From contig KZ538432.1 of the NCBI GenBank assembly GCA_000934665.2, forward strand, positions 1 through 64,000: DNA of 64,000 nucleotides, in the 5' to 3' direction. Both the position numbers and the translations under genes were made by a program. This document shows positions 38,474-52,500 of this stretch, one piece after another. The stretch comes from Catajapyx aquilonaris. Taxonomy: Eukaryota. The notes beneath the pieces are model-generated. The model made no database searches and was not told the origin of the DNA. It was given only the letters and a program-made list of their open reading frames with translations. Position 1 is the first letter of the stretch, and every line of letters begins with the position of its first letter.

Positions 38474-41400
38474 TTATTATTATTATTATTATTATTAAAC
38501 TCTCCCTAGTCTCTTCGGATCGTCAACCTGGGAAGAGAAACACCCTGTATATTGAGAAAAGGCTCGCAAGAAAGTTTTTCACGTGTATTTTTATTTTACT
38601 GCTGCGGATTCAATCTTCTCTAGTTCCCAGGAAATGCCAATTTAGGTACAATAGATTTGACATGTACTATCGGGTTCAAATACTTTTGGCCACTTTATCC
38701 TGGTCTTGAAGCAACCCTTCGCACAGACCCCACGTTAAGGAGGTGTGTGTGTGTGAAGGGGTGCTTCAAGCCCAGGATAAAGTGGCCAAAAGTATTTGAA
38801 CCCGATAGTACTGTACAGTAGTAGTATAGTATAGCGGTGTTGTTGGCGCGATAGTCCCAAAGTCACATTAGAGAGTTTCAGTGGGCCTTATCGTATGTTA
38901 CGAAACGATACTCTGTGGGCCCCGAAGAAGCATAACCGAAGCGGTGATTGGTCCGGTGGTTCCCCCCGCTATCGTCCACCCACTCCCTACGTTTCGTCTT
39001 CCGATACGGGTGGGGTGATAGCGTCACACGATACCCATGCCCATGACGGAAACCATCCCACTGCTACCACCTTAACCTAGACCAGGCGGTGTGCACGTCG
39101 CCGCGTGTGGGTGCAGGACTAACAGTGCAAGGGTTGGTAGCCTACTCCATGCCTCGCAGTGATGGGTAGCGTACTAGCTCACCTGACACCTGAAACCCTC
39201 CTGCCGTGTCAAACGATACGCTTTCAGGCGGGGCGGAGCTACGATGCGTTCGTGATTCGTTACGTGTCGGAAAACGGATCACCTGAAACTCTCTATTACC
39301 TACATTGGCAACAATTTATTTGTAACCAGACACTACTGTAGAATTATGGGAACGATGATTGTCACAGCTCAACATTGACACTCCGTTGACCCACTGAACC
39401 TACTGTACAGCATCAATCGCGAATTTGACGTTGTTATTCATATGGTAAATAACAGTAAATCCATCAATAAGAAAATGACAAACCTGCAATTGAAGGTATT
39501 CCTTATGTGGCATATGTGAGCGAAATGACCTCATACGCTTCTTTTACTGCCTTGATCAATGCGTACAATAGTTTGAATGTACGAGTAAATAAATCACATT
39601 TCTTTCACAGCACCAAAATAATCGGAGCTACAAGCCCTGGTATCCAAAAGTACTGTACTTAGCTGAACAAAAAATATGGCACCTATACTAGCCACATTAC
39701 GATATGCCTATTCATACTACTAGATTTAAAGTTTTCTTCCTGCATATCTAAAAATAATAACTGAAAGTAACGTATCAGCTTATCGCAATTTAAATTATTG
39801 CGTAACTTTGATATGGGCGTCTTTTTCATATTTACTCTGTTAAGCAGCAATATTTTCATATGCCACAGTAGCTAACAACTTCAGCATGAACACTACACTG
39901 GGTCTTCAACTTTTCTGTTTATTTCCATTATGTTTTTCTCTAGAGAAAAATTGTCATATGTCTCACTTTTGTCTCTTTATTTCAACCTCTCTGTGGTTTT
40001 GGGCAGGAAAGTTAGGTCCTAACTCTCTCTCCGTCATCCTTTCCTCCATGCCCTCTGGGAAACAGACTATGTTACATATTTACATTATCACTGCAGTTGA
40101 AATTTCCCCAACCGGAAAATGGCCTAAAGTCATAACACAGCCTTTGATATTCATAGAAGAAAGCCATGTTGAATATTAACTGGTACATACAGCCTAACTT
40201 CTCAAAAAGTGGACGGCGCCCTCTGCCCCTCCAGACACTCTAAGCGATCTGATTGGTGGAACAGAGGGCGGGGGGACCAATCAGCTCGTTTAGGGAATGA
40301 TGGGTACAGAGGGATCAAAAGAAAAACCGGATTTGAAACCCTACCGTGCATGGCTTAAACACAGAGTTCGAAATATTTAGGACATGTCTATCTTTTTGAG
40401 AAGTTAGGATGTGGGAACTGTAGCATTTTCAAACTGGATGATTGTGGGTTTACACTGAAACAGCGTTGTTAAATTTTGGAAATGCGCAGTACCGTAATGC
40501 ATTAACGTGGAGCCCGTTATAGACAGGTAGCACTGATAATAAAAATGCCAAATATTAAAATCCTGACAGCGAATGAAATAAATGTGCATAAATTATAGAG
40601 ACAGAAAACAAGTGAAGAACGATCAGATTCGCATTTTGGCTGACACTGATTAAGGCATTGTGTAATGTAGCTCCATGGGTCAATTACAATCCGGACCTAG
40701 AGAAACGTTTAACCATAAATAATCCCATAAGGAGTAACGCAATCTATCTTCAAATTTCAAACCCTCCTGGAACAGAAGACCTGGACTTCCGTATAAGCCC
40801 ATCTCACTTCTTTCATTTCCGGGGATATGATGGGATGATTGGCGCAAGAAATAGTTGCAGAAATCCATTCTCCCATATTTTTGGCTACACTGTTACATAC
40901 ATAGTTAATTCCTCTTTTCCTATACACTCAGTATAATTCCACTTTCCTGAAAAAGCCTATTCGAAACAGGCACCTGCCATCCTCGAAGTATCCATTATCG
41001 AAAACAAACTTGTAATCGATTTGTTTGGCCACGTTCAGATCTCCTCAGGGGGACAAATGGTTATTTTGCAGAAACGAGCCCTTCCTCCTGAGACTTGCAC
41101 CGCCTAATCTGCAGCCTCCGTAACTGTCAACCGGCAAATTACTGCTGCTTCATGAAAGCGGCAGCCCATCCTCACTCCCCTCTCCATGGCTCCAACCTCC
41201 ACCCCACTATATCCACCCTCCTGTTCCTAAGAGGGTTATGAGGTCCCCCGGATATATGCGGCACCAGCTGGCAAATCCTGCTTGTATTTTGCCGCCAAAC
41301 ATGTGCCGGGAATTGTGTTTCCCGTTTCCTTCTTCTTTCGGAAGCGCTTGATAATGTTCCGGCCAGCTTGTCTTATCCTCATCAGCACCACATTTAATAC

Positions 41401-44400
41401 AAACCACAGCCGGTACATTACTGTAAAATATTGGTGCTTCCGGCCGTTAGGCCTGGGCCGGCGACACGACGCACCCTGTGTATACTGTATATGCCTCTGA
41501 CTATTTGGTCCATTTGGCTTTTACTTGGAGCGTATCGTCTCTGGAGATTTAGCTGCTCATTAATTATGAACGGCCGTGTAGTGCTTCAGGACGAACCTTG
41601 CCGCAAAGGATGTGGTGAAAACAAAGCGTTACATACAGTATTTGAATGGATGGTGGTGGAAAAGGAAGAAACCGAAACCATATGCAGGACAAGTGGCTTT
41701 ATCTGTTGCAATGTCAAGGGACTTCTAGGATTAGCCTCTCGTATATAATACAGTAAGACTTATATAAGTCGAACTTACCTAAGTCGAAGCTCTCTATAAA
41801 TCGAAGAAAATTATGAGTTTGGTTGGTCACAATGTAAAATAATAGGAAATAAACTCGAATTTCTATAACTCGAAGCTCTCCATAACTCGAAGTGCTGGCA
41901 GGGCCTTACGATGGGATATCAATGCATTTTCAGTCTCCCTAAGTCGAAGTTCATGTTGGTGAGTACGGAAAATTTTCTCATTTCCCAGCCGAAGGGTCGA
42001 GAGTATACAGACATGTACAGAAAGGCTCAATTTCCCGATCTCCGTCTACTAGACGTACCCAAAGAAGAGTTTGACTCGATTGTGACAATAATTGAATCCT
42101 TGAATCTATAAGAGTAGGCAAATGTCCATAACGGAGTTTTTTTTACAACAAAACAACGAGGAGCATTCTAAGTGTGATAGTGACAGTTATTTTTAAGTTT
42201 TGAACACCTTTCGTGGCTGGATATACAGGTGGGCTTCCTTATAGAGTTCTGTGCTTTCAAAAAAAAAAAGGCCAAACTTCTCTAACTCGAATCTTCTATA
42301 ACTGGAAGTTTTTTTCTGGTCCCATGGAGATTCGACTTATATCAGTTTTACTGTATGTAGAAGAACTCAATGTAAAGAGAGCCAATATCATGTTTCCAGA
42401 GGTCAAACGCATGCCATTATACTGTGTGTCCCGGTGTATCTCCATGTCAATCACCCCGATGTGGCACGATTACAGAACCGCAAGAGGCTGCACCACAGGA
42501 AATGTACAGTAGTAACAATTTGCGACTATACTTGCATGCCAAAATTATTACGAGAATGTGCAATATAGTGAGTTTATAGTTTTTAATGTAAATCTGCAAG
42601 TGCATGTACTGTACAGTACCTACTGCATCACTCAAACTTCAACAGGTTTTAAGAATAAGCATCCAAAATACACATGCCGTTATACTGTATATGACATCTG
42701 GTAGTTACGAGTATACAGTATATTATGCCGCTCTCATTTTTGTAAAATGCAATCACGGTAAAAAATATTTGTTTATCCTGACATTTCAGGGCAACACATG
42801 GGTTTCTCTTGTTCGGAGGGAAGCCCGACTTTCAGGATATTCGTCCTCGAAGTTGGCTACTGTGTACGTACAGTATTATCGGTCTCAATTATTTTCGGCC
42901 ACTTTATCCTGGTCTTCAACCCTTCGCACAGGCCCCACGGTGAGGAGGCAATGAGGAGGTGTGTGTGTGTGTGAAGGGTTGCTTCAAGACCAGGATAAAG
43001 TGGTCGAAACTAATTGAGGCCGATAGTACAATAACAGTCTACAGTACTTCATACATACAGAATGGTAAATGCCCGTTGGGATCACTGTAAAATTGAGATT
43101 GTCAAATGCATATGCAGTACTGTACTTCACCAAGACCATTTATGAGAGTTAAGGATATAAGACGAAGCGCATAGGGGTAAACGTATATACGTCCGCGTAT
43201 ATATGCGAGACGTGGCCACACCTCCATATTTTTTCCGGTTCAACGGATTCAGCCAGAAAATGTGTTTCTCTCTTTCACAACCCCAAATGAATCATAACGA
43301 ATATACATTTTATGGTGAGTTAAAATTGGCCATATACAAAGATGCCCTTCTCATTTTTCTCATGGCTTCTTTAATTTTCACACCGATGTTTGGTGATTTT
43401 TTTAAACAAACAGTATATGTTAAATATGTACTCAGCACTGTTAACGGGGGAAAACAACTTAATACTGTTCCCGCATTTTCCTGTATTACGCAGTGTATTA
43501 ACTCTAGGCAATACCCAAGGCACGTGAAATATCAGTGAGCTGATTAGTTTCCTATAGGGTCTCCGTTCGATGCAAGTGCAAGAGAACAGCAAGTTATACT
43601 GTAAATTCTTGTTTAGTTTCCCTTCCAGGTGTTGCTTATATTTTTAAAAAATAATTGTACCCACGTTGTAGCCTTTCACAGCACTTTCTGAACATTTCAG
43701 GTATTAATACAGTTTGAGTGTTGATTGTTGTGCACATTAGATTTAAAATGTAATACTGAACAACTTATGAGTTTCTGACACATTTGTGTCATTACATTTG
43801 TGCAACAAATAGCAAATAAGCAGAATAATAATGTGAAGCGATGTAGGCAGTGTGTGCATGATTTGGTTTCAGGACAAGTAGCCATGAAGACTCATGAAAG
43901 CTCACTACTATCCAAAATTTGGCCCATATGTTTGAAGGAGGATATCTCGCGAAGGGATAATCCGAAATATTCATGCAAAGTGGCCTTGGAGACCTTGTGA
44001 AATCTGTTGTTATACTGCTGCTGCTACAGCTTTGACAGAGCAACTTAAACGTGAGACTTTTCCGTTAGAGATTGTCTCTTGAGCTTAAATATTGATCGCG
44101 AATTTTTTTTTCCACTTCCACGAGAATCTTTAAAAAAATAATGAAATGTTTGTCGGACAGTGTAAAATTTGTCTGCCGTCCGCGGGTAGCCCAACCCTAG
44201 TTTATGCAGTAGGCCTACCTTACAGTTCGAGTTTTTTTTTGTGCATGCTGACATCAAATAAGACCTGGAACCCTCAAGTGTGCCCTCCCACCACTTGATG
44301 CGTAAAGGGGAAAAATGCATGCGCGTGATGGGAAGAGGCGGGCCGTGCAAGTCAAAAAAAAAAAAACTTGGCCCGAAGTCATTGGGTGAAGTTTATGCGT

Positions 44401-46007
44401 CGTTTTTGTAGAATTTTGGAGAGTTAGAGAAGAACCTGGGCTTGATTTGAAAGTATTTGACACTTGGAGCATCATCCGTGGTTGGCAACCACAGAAAAGG
44501 GTTACAGCAAAAAAAAAAAAAAAGCCCATTTAAGAACGGCTATTATGATTGGATTTCGTATGTAATATGCTTGATAATTTTTACATATATTCAATTCAGA
44601 ATTTTTAAGCAAGCAGTGATATCTTGGGAATATTGTGATTCATACACATTTCATAAATGATCATTAAAAGATCATAATTATTACCATCAACAATAATGAC
44701 ATTTATCATCATCATCATCATCTGGTAATGTTGTTCACCCTCTGCAAACCTTTACTATACTGCACGTAACTGAAATTCATTAGCTAAAATTGGGGCAGGG
44801 GACGATTCCCAAAGCAGGTGCTCCCGGGTGCTCCTGGATAATTTTCGAGTCATTGTGTTCCGTGTTCCCTCGAGAAACCCAGGCCTTCTCTCTTGGCTCA
44901 GGGGAAGAGAAGGGAGTACAAATCTGCCCGGACACGTCGGGTAAAAAGCGGAAAAAGACCCGACCAAGCGCAGGTGACGGGATTTGAAACCCCAGACCTC
45001 CCGCTTGACTGCCCAGTGGTGTAACCACTAGACCACATAGTTCCTCGATACCGTCCGTGTATAGTCTGAATTAGTAAAGTTAGTCACAACTGGTGTTTCT
45101 CTCTCCCTGAAAAAATCGAAGTATTAGTCATGTACGCGAGAACCCATTGTAATACCGGTCTATGACAGAACCGTATGCTATTACACAGTTTCAACATATC
45201 CATCTACAATGCTAATAGAGCTCCTTCCTTTTTTTTTAGTCGCCCAGTTTGCGAACGGATAACCCTGGGCAAATGTTTGGAAGATGTCCCGGAAACGTTG
45301 CCACCAGCAGGTTGCGAGTGGCTGTGGGGGGCAAAAAGAGGGGGGCAAAAAGAGGGGGGCAAAAAGAGGGGGGCAAAAAGAGGGGGGCAAAAAGAGGGGG
45401 GCATCGCTTTTGGCCTGACTCCATAGGAATTGGGCCCATCCAAGAGGAACTTCCGGACCCACTTCAAAATTCACCCTCCCAAAAAACGGGCGAAATAAAA
45501 GGTCCTCTTCACGCTAAGTGAATTTGGAAAGAATGGGCCGTGGACACGGAACGAGGGCCATGGGTTTCCTCCTCAATGTCCTTCCGCCCGTATTATCCCA
45601 GTTGAGATATGCATCACTTCCATTTGGTGCGGCGTGGGTACACACTATATCCTACCCTACGGGAAACCAAACAAGTGCTAAGACAATATTGTTCAGGCCT
45701 GACTGTACACCTTTGGGGCCCAAGATGTACGTTTACAGCGTTTCTCGACTACTATTCCGGAGCCAAAACAACCCACCAGCCATTAAACTAGTGGCCATGG
45801 GGCCAACCCTTTTCTCAACGACTCGGCAAGAATAAATGAATACAGTGTACAGAACGCCTCACACAGTGTGCGAAGGCTCGGCTGATATGTGCTAGGAGAA
45901 AAGCCTATATAGGTGGGTCTCCCTGCGGCTCTTGCTTAACAAAATAACTAAAATAAAAAATGATGATGTACGAGTAAAATAGACTCGGGCTCTCTCTCTC
46001 TCTCTCC

Positions 46008-46050
<43 letters not shown>

Positions 46051-49000
46051 ATTGGGTCTGTGTATGTCCATTAGCTTAATAGCTACAAAGAGGTACAATC
46101 TGTCTCAATAAGTTTTGACCACTTTATCCTGGTCTTGAAGCAACCCTTCGCACAGGCCCCACTGTGAGCATGGGTGTGTGTGTGAAGGGTTGCTTCAAGA
46201 CTAGGATAAAGTGGCCAAGACAGATTGTACATTATTGAGTGTGTAGAAATATTTTTCTGAAACACTGATTTTCACCATTGATGACTGACAAATTGTGGGC
46301 TAATGTTCAAGAGTGAGTGATTAACAGTTAACACTATCATCACATTTTGCCTTCATTAAGTCCTGCCAGTATGTATGGAAATATCAATAAAATGTTGCAC
46401 GCCCAAGCCGCTGATACAATAATTATGCAGTGTAGACCTTAATGTGTACATGAATTGAAACGGATCATACTGTTGAAATAAAACAAAATACCAACAGTAT
46501 AAATATTATTAAATTGACATTGCATTATGGCAAACTGAAAATCTGTCACCTGGAATTTTCCAGCCAATATTATCAGCAGACAAATCCATACAGTGTATCG
46601 CAAAATTACAAAAGTCTACAAACTCTATGCCATTATAGACCTTTATGCAGTAAACAACAGTATCGATTCTAAATAGCTGACTTTCAGATCAACTCAATTA
46701 CAGCACCGTCCATTAAAAATTATAATCGTCTGGATAGTAGAACTTATAGTCTATTTTCCACAATATATTAGATGCGAGAGTTTTTCTGTCCAGAAAGACA
46801 TCCATCAGCGTCCCATTTGTCTCCGGTCTATTCCCCACAAATTTCATCCATGAATGGGAAAAGCCTTCGGGAAAAGCACGTTGGCGGCTAGAAGGAAATG
46901 ATTTTGGCTAACTTCACATGCAGCTGGCTCAGATGGATCCATCTTCCTCAGCCCGACTCGACATGGCTCCTGGCTACCAACTGACGAGCGGATAGAAGAA
47001 GAAAGAAAGAAGTCACAAAACGGCAGAAAAGAGAAAGGACATAAAAAAATAGTCAACCTACCCAACACCTCGCATTCCATAGTTAATTGCCAGCCCAAAT
47101 GATATACAATTAAGGAAGCAAGGTGTCAGATATAAAACGCTGCTCGCTTACGGTTATTTACACCTCCCCATTATCTGGCTAAATGTGCACGGTACCACCC
47201 GAAGAATGAAAAATGGTACTAATGATGCTAATTAGCCGCCAAAATGGCTGGAGCGTTTCTCTTTCTGACCGCACAAAGGATGATGCTCTTTTCTCCCGCG
47301 TTCCGCGATTCCCATCACAAGACCCACTGGAATCTGCTTTCAACTCCTAGGCTATTACCGTCCATATTGCCATTTGTTTGCCTCCAACTATTCCAGGCTG
47401 AGGTGGGGGAAAACCTTCGTGTTTTCACATTATTTCCTACATATGCTTCATGTACTTTGGGGTTTGGAGAGGTAAAAAAAACGGCCCAGTACCTATTTTG
47501 GTGTTCTTGTTGATATTTTTGGTGTAGGATGTTTATAAATATGAGATTAGTAGCTTACATGATGAAGCATACTGCTAATTATGGTTATAGGCTACCATGT
47601 GCAGGGTGTGTTCTAATTGAGGTATCCGTTTTCCGCAATTTTGCGCTCAAACTGATTATTTTAAGCAGTTACTTTAAGAAGCTAAAAAATTGGCTACTTA
47701 TTTTAGATTGAATACACACACACACACTTGTTGATTACTGCAGATTGGGGTCAAACTTACCAAAAATTAATTAGAAACATGGAATGCTGATGGTAATTTC
47801 CAACGTCTTATGCTCGAAAATTCATTGCAATGAAGCTTCATCCCGCAAAAAACTGGAAGATAAACTTACTTTAATTTTTAACCTAGTAGTCTATTAGCAG
47901 GTAGCCTAATGTTTTGATAGCCTCTAAAGTGAAAATAACAATATGGGCATTATTATAACAATCATGCTTCAATATTGTAACACACTGCATTGCTATATTA
48001 TTGCTGCTGCTGTTATATCTTTACATTACTTGCTAGTTTGTAAAACACATTAGAACTTTCAGCCAGAATTAATCTGCACTGTTACATTTCATTGCCATAC
48101 TTTTTAAGGACTGACTTCAGTTAGCTGCTTCACTAAACTTACTCTAGTAATTAAAACGCATGTTGCCTGCTATCTCTCTCAATTTTGGCTGGTGTGCTTT
48201 GTGGACGGATAATAATGGAAGGACGAAGTTGAGAAACAGGGTTCGTCGCTCGCTGAAGGAAATTAGACGCACCTTTACTGCGTGACTGAGGCATTTTTTC
48301 CCCCCTCCTCTTCCACAAACCTCATCGCAAGCCATCTTTTCATAAGCAAAGTTTCGCTGAGAGAAAAGAAGCGCGCCGAACTCTTTTGACTATTTTTTCT
48401 CTCCCCCGCCGTTCAGCTCTGTTCATGTCGATTGGCACCATCCTTCCTTTCTCATTTCTTCTCTTCTTCAGTTCACAGCCTCTCTACCGCGTACTTTTCC
48501 AATATTTCAAGAGCTTGTCTTTGTGCAGAAAGTACGGAAAAATCTAGGATTAGAAATACTCGACTGCGACAGGACTGAGTCCTCAACGTGTATAAAAGAG
48601 CCTTTGACAATCGAATTTAATGGCCTCCCATTATTATTCACTACAGGCCAATTCACCATTTAATGGGCTCGTATCTATTAGGAAACGATTGCCTATTGTT
48701 ATTATTTGTTTAAACGTCACCGCCTGCAGTGAATTTAATGAATATTATGCTCCTGGATATACAGAGCTGGTGCGGAACTAAATATGGCTATGGCTCAAGC
48801 TATCATTATCCGTAAGAGTCCCCCATCAAATTATTTTATGGGGATTTTTCTACGTTTGTGGTATTAGAGTTAATGGAGGCACAAAGGAGATCATTTCGCA
48901 AGGTATGACATGCAGATTGCTTCTCTGACATAATGGTTGTGAAATTCACATTTTTCCCCCCAGATTACATGCCATATTAAACCTGTTACAGAACTAAAAC

Positions 49001-49461
49001 ATGTCCATCATTTTTATCCCCACAATGAAATAATTAGGCTGCTGTGGAAGGGCAATATATTTTATCGTAAATCGGTGAAATATTGCGCTCCTGCCATGTA
49101 GCATTGACGGGAAATGAAGCAAAATTTATCCCACATTTTCCCTTGCTTCACTTGGTGAATTGAATTAAAATTACAAACACAATCAATATGCAAGCAGACT
49201 AGACTGCGTCCCAACCCTAAAATGCCACCGGAATTTTCGGCATCAATAACGCTTATTATATTCTACCCTATTTAAAGCCACACCGCCTCACAAAGAAGAA
49301 TTCCAGCCGGTAAACGATGCTAGCAAATATTTACAGCTCCTAGCAATGTCAACAACAAGCTCAATCCCCCAGCGGGGATTCACCCAGGGGCGAACGTCCA
49401 CTACTGAAAATTTAAAAAAGTGTGAAGAGATTTCAAGTCCAAAATAAACCTTACTAGCTGA

Positions 49462-49537
<76 letters not shown>

Positions 49538-52500
49538 ACCTATGCTTCCTCTAGATGGAGTTAGTTGCGAGTTGGCAGTCATCTGTTGGCAAAACTCAGG
49601 GGAGGTGTAGATATGGCCGAGATGGTAACGTCTCGGCTTGTTGAGTGAAAGGCCCCAGGTTTGATCCCCGCCTGGGGAACTTCCTTTCACCTGCGTCGGG
49701 AGGGTCTCTGACCTGCACCAAAGAGGTGTCTGGCAACCTAACCTCCTGGGGAACAGCACATGGCCCAAAGGGTGACATTGCACCTGCACTAGTGTCCCCT
49801 CCCCAACAATCCCTATCCTTTTCCAATGTCCCTGTTTCCCTGCACCGGAGAATGAAGAAAAGTGGTAAAAAACACTAGAAAACTGATGGTGGTATGCCAC
49901 CCCCCCTAAAACGGTATCACGGGGTAATCTCAAATAAAAATAATAAAAAATAAAAAATAAAAACTGCCACTCGACTCGTCGCGTCGGGTGGGGGACCTGG
50001 GAGCACTAATATATCAGGTGACTCTAAGTGACTACGGAGTCGGGAGATATGACCTAAGGAGGTCAGATGTCACATTATTATTACAAGCCTGCATATATTT
50101 TACAAAATTAAGGTCAGCCACATGCGCTATACAAACGAAAGTCGGGCCGTAGCTCATTAAAAGGTATCTAATTTCCTTATCAGTTGTCTGCACGGAAGTG
50201 TAGAGCCCTGGAGGTTAGCAGAGTTTTGACACGAGTGCTTCCACAAGTGCTCGGATCATTGTAGTATTTCGAAAGTGATCCAAGTACCTGTAGCTATTAA
50301 ATTAGCCGTGCAATAATTTCCAGTTTCGGGCTGATCCCGCATAATCCGATCTAGCGGAAATGATAGGAGAACCGGCACGTTAACCTGATAGGCAAAAAGT
50401 CATTAGAGCAAAGCGGCGGAAATGAAACTTAATAGAGCAACCGGGGGCTTTTTTGACCTAATCCAGAGGCCGGAATTTCCGGGCGCCAGTGAAGCAACGC
50501 TGTTTAGGCAAATAATTAGAGCGGGCCAACTCCTAGGGAAAAGGGCAGTACTTGCTGTACTTTCCGCTTTCTAGCTGGCCTTTGAGCCTAACTCCACCAG
50601 GGCCAATCATATTCCAGGGAGGATTTTTTTTCTCACCAACATTCCTGAATTTCATCATAGAGCCACATATATCTAGTGTAAATTGGGATTATGACCTATT
50701 GCGGCAAGTGTATTAGCAGTCACAATTTCCTTCGCAAGATATGGCCAATTATTACACCAAATTCAAGTTTGCGGTGTGATCCAGGGTGGTAGGTTACATG
50801 ATTATAAAGCATATTACTGGCTGCAATGTACTACCTAGCGAAGGGTAAAGATTCTTGACCTGTACCTGTCAAATATCTTAGCACTTAAGGGCCGGTTTCA
50901 CCGAGCTCAGTATATGATAAAACCAGGGTATTTCTCAAAATCCCTATCTATTTGTATGGATTTTCCTAAAGAAACCTGGTTTTATCATATACCAAGCTCG
51001 GTGAAACCGGCCCTAAGATCGTGTGTAACAAATCAGCTCACACCCGTATTGGTAAAAATCTCGCTGACACTCATTTCCAGCCTCTCCTGTCACCCTTACC
51101 TTCAAGTGTAGCTGTGACTTACATACATCATTGGAAAGCCCATTTAACCCCTACTGGACGGGTGGCATTTACAGTGTGCCAGTGGCTTTTACAGTGAAAT
51201 GAGATTTTTCTCCTGCAGAGTAATGCTTTTTCTATGTTGCCTTTTCACTCTACTCACATTTAAAAAAAAAAAACACTTTTTAGAACTACAAAGAGTGGGA
51301 AAAATAGGCTCACAAATTTTGTTATGTAAGCATTTTTTTGTCAGTTGTAAAATAAAATCCGGCATAATTTGTTTTTACCTCGTTATTTTTGGCATGTCGG
51401 GGTTTAGCCAAGCTTCGTAAATATTACCTAAGTGAAAAGTAACTCAACGGTATTATTTATTATTTTAAAAGTAATTTATTTGTCAGCAACCGTAAAGTTA
51501 TTGCTCCCGTTGGAACACTGACTTTAGAGCCTAAGCGGTTATCATTTGTGACCCAAACTGCCACAACCTTGTAAAGCAGCCTCAAATGCAAATTATAAAC
51601 TCATCATCATCTCTTACATGTCAATAACAAGATTCCAGCATGTATTTTTTGCTGACTCCTCTCCCGAAAAATGATGAATGAGCGAAAAGACCCAGCTAAT
51701 AGGATTGAATCTATCAACGGTGTGTGACACCACGTCCAACTTGAAGATGACTTCACAGGAGCTAGACTGCTAGAGTCTACGATTTCCACCGATACGAATG
51801 TGAGCTCAATTCTGTTCCACTCGACCAAAAGACAAATGGAGAGAGACAAATCGCATTATCTTAATCCAACCACTACTCCAAACCAAACCAGACCAAAGCA
51901 GACGATCAGGCTTTCACAAGTAGGCGTAGTTGCTATGTAATGCAGTGGCGTAGGCAGGTGGGGGGGGGGGGGGCATCGGGGCCGGCCCCTCCCCCCGAAA
52001 TGTTTGAAATAACATTAGAAATTACTAATTCATGATTTTTTTTCGAAAAAGTGCTGCCAATTTCATCAAATACACACCCATTCAAATCTCCCACATTCAC
52101 CTAAGTTCGTGTGACCTTGACCCCCCCCCCATTCCGGCTGCGGCGGGCTTGCTCCCCGCCCTTTACGGCTTGTTCACCTAGTGCTTATGAAATGGGCCGA
52201 CAGACGGTCCTAATAATTGCATATCAATATGTTGTATCCTAAGGGTAGACACTACAGTGTCAGTGATTGTACATATAATACCTATCAAGTGAAAACAATG
52301 ATAAGATACGCGAAATATGAATTGCCTCTGAAAGCTTTTAAGGCAGATGTCGTGTCCCACCTGTGTCCGCTGGGGCCGAGCTTGGAAATCGTCCGGAACA
52401 AATTTGTCCGATAAAAAGGAGAGATTAGATTGCAGAGAGGACATGGGGAAACGGTGACAAGCCGATAACGTGCAAAGGGCTATTGGACTCGGAGCTTGCA

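Noticed and set aside
41207..41485. IIKRF..ETG plus a cagggtg end as a Tc1 5' relic
   Set aside because: Resemblance too weak and no partner TIR
45175..45521. ORFs with repeated LPPSFCPPLFAP / GGKKRG
   Set aside because: Translation of the 14-bp tandem repeat
49288..49933. Poly-Ile and poly-Asn ORFs
   Set aside because: Translation of (TTA)n plus antisense SINE A
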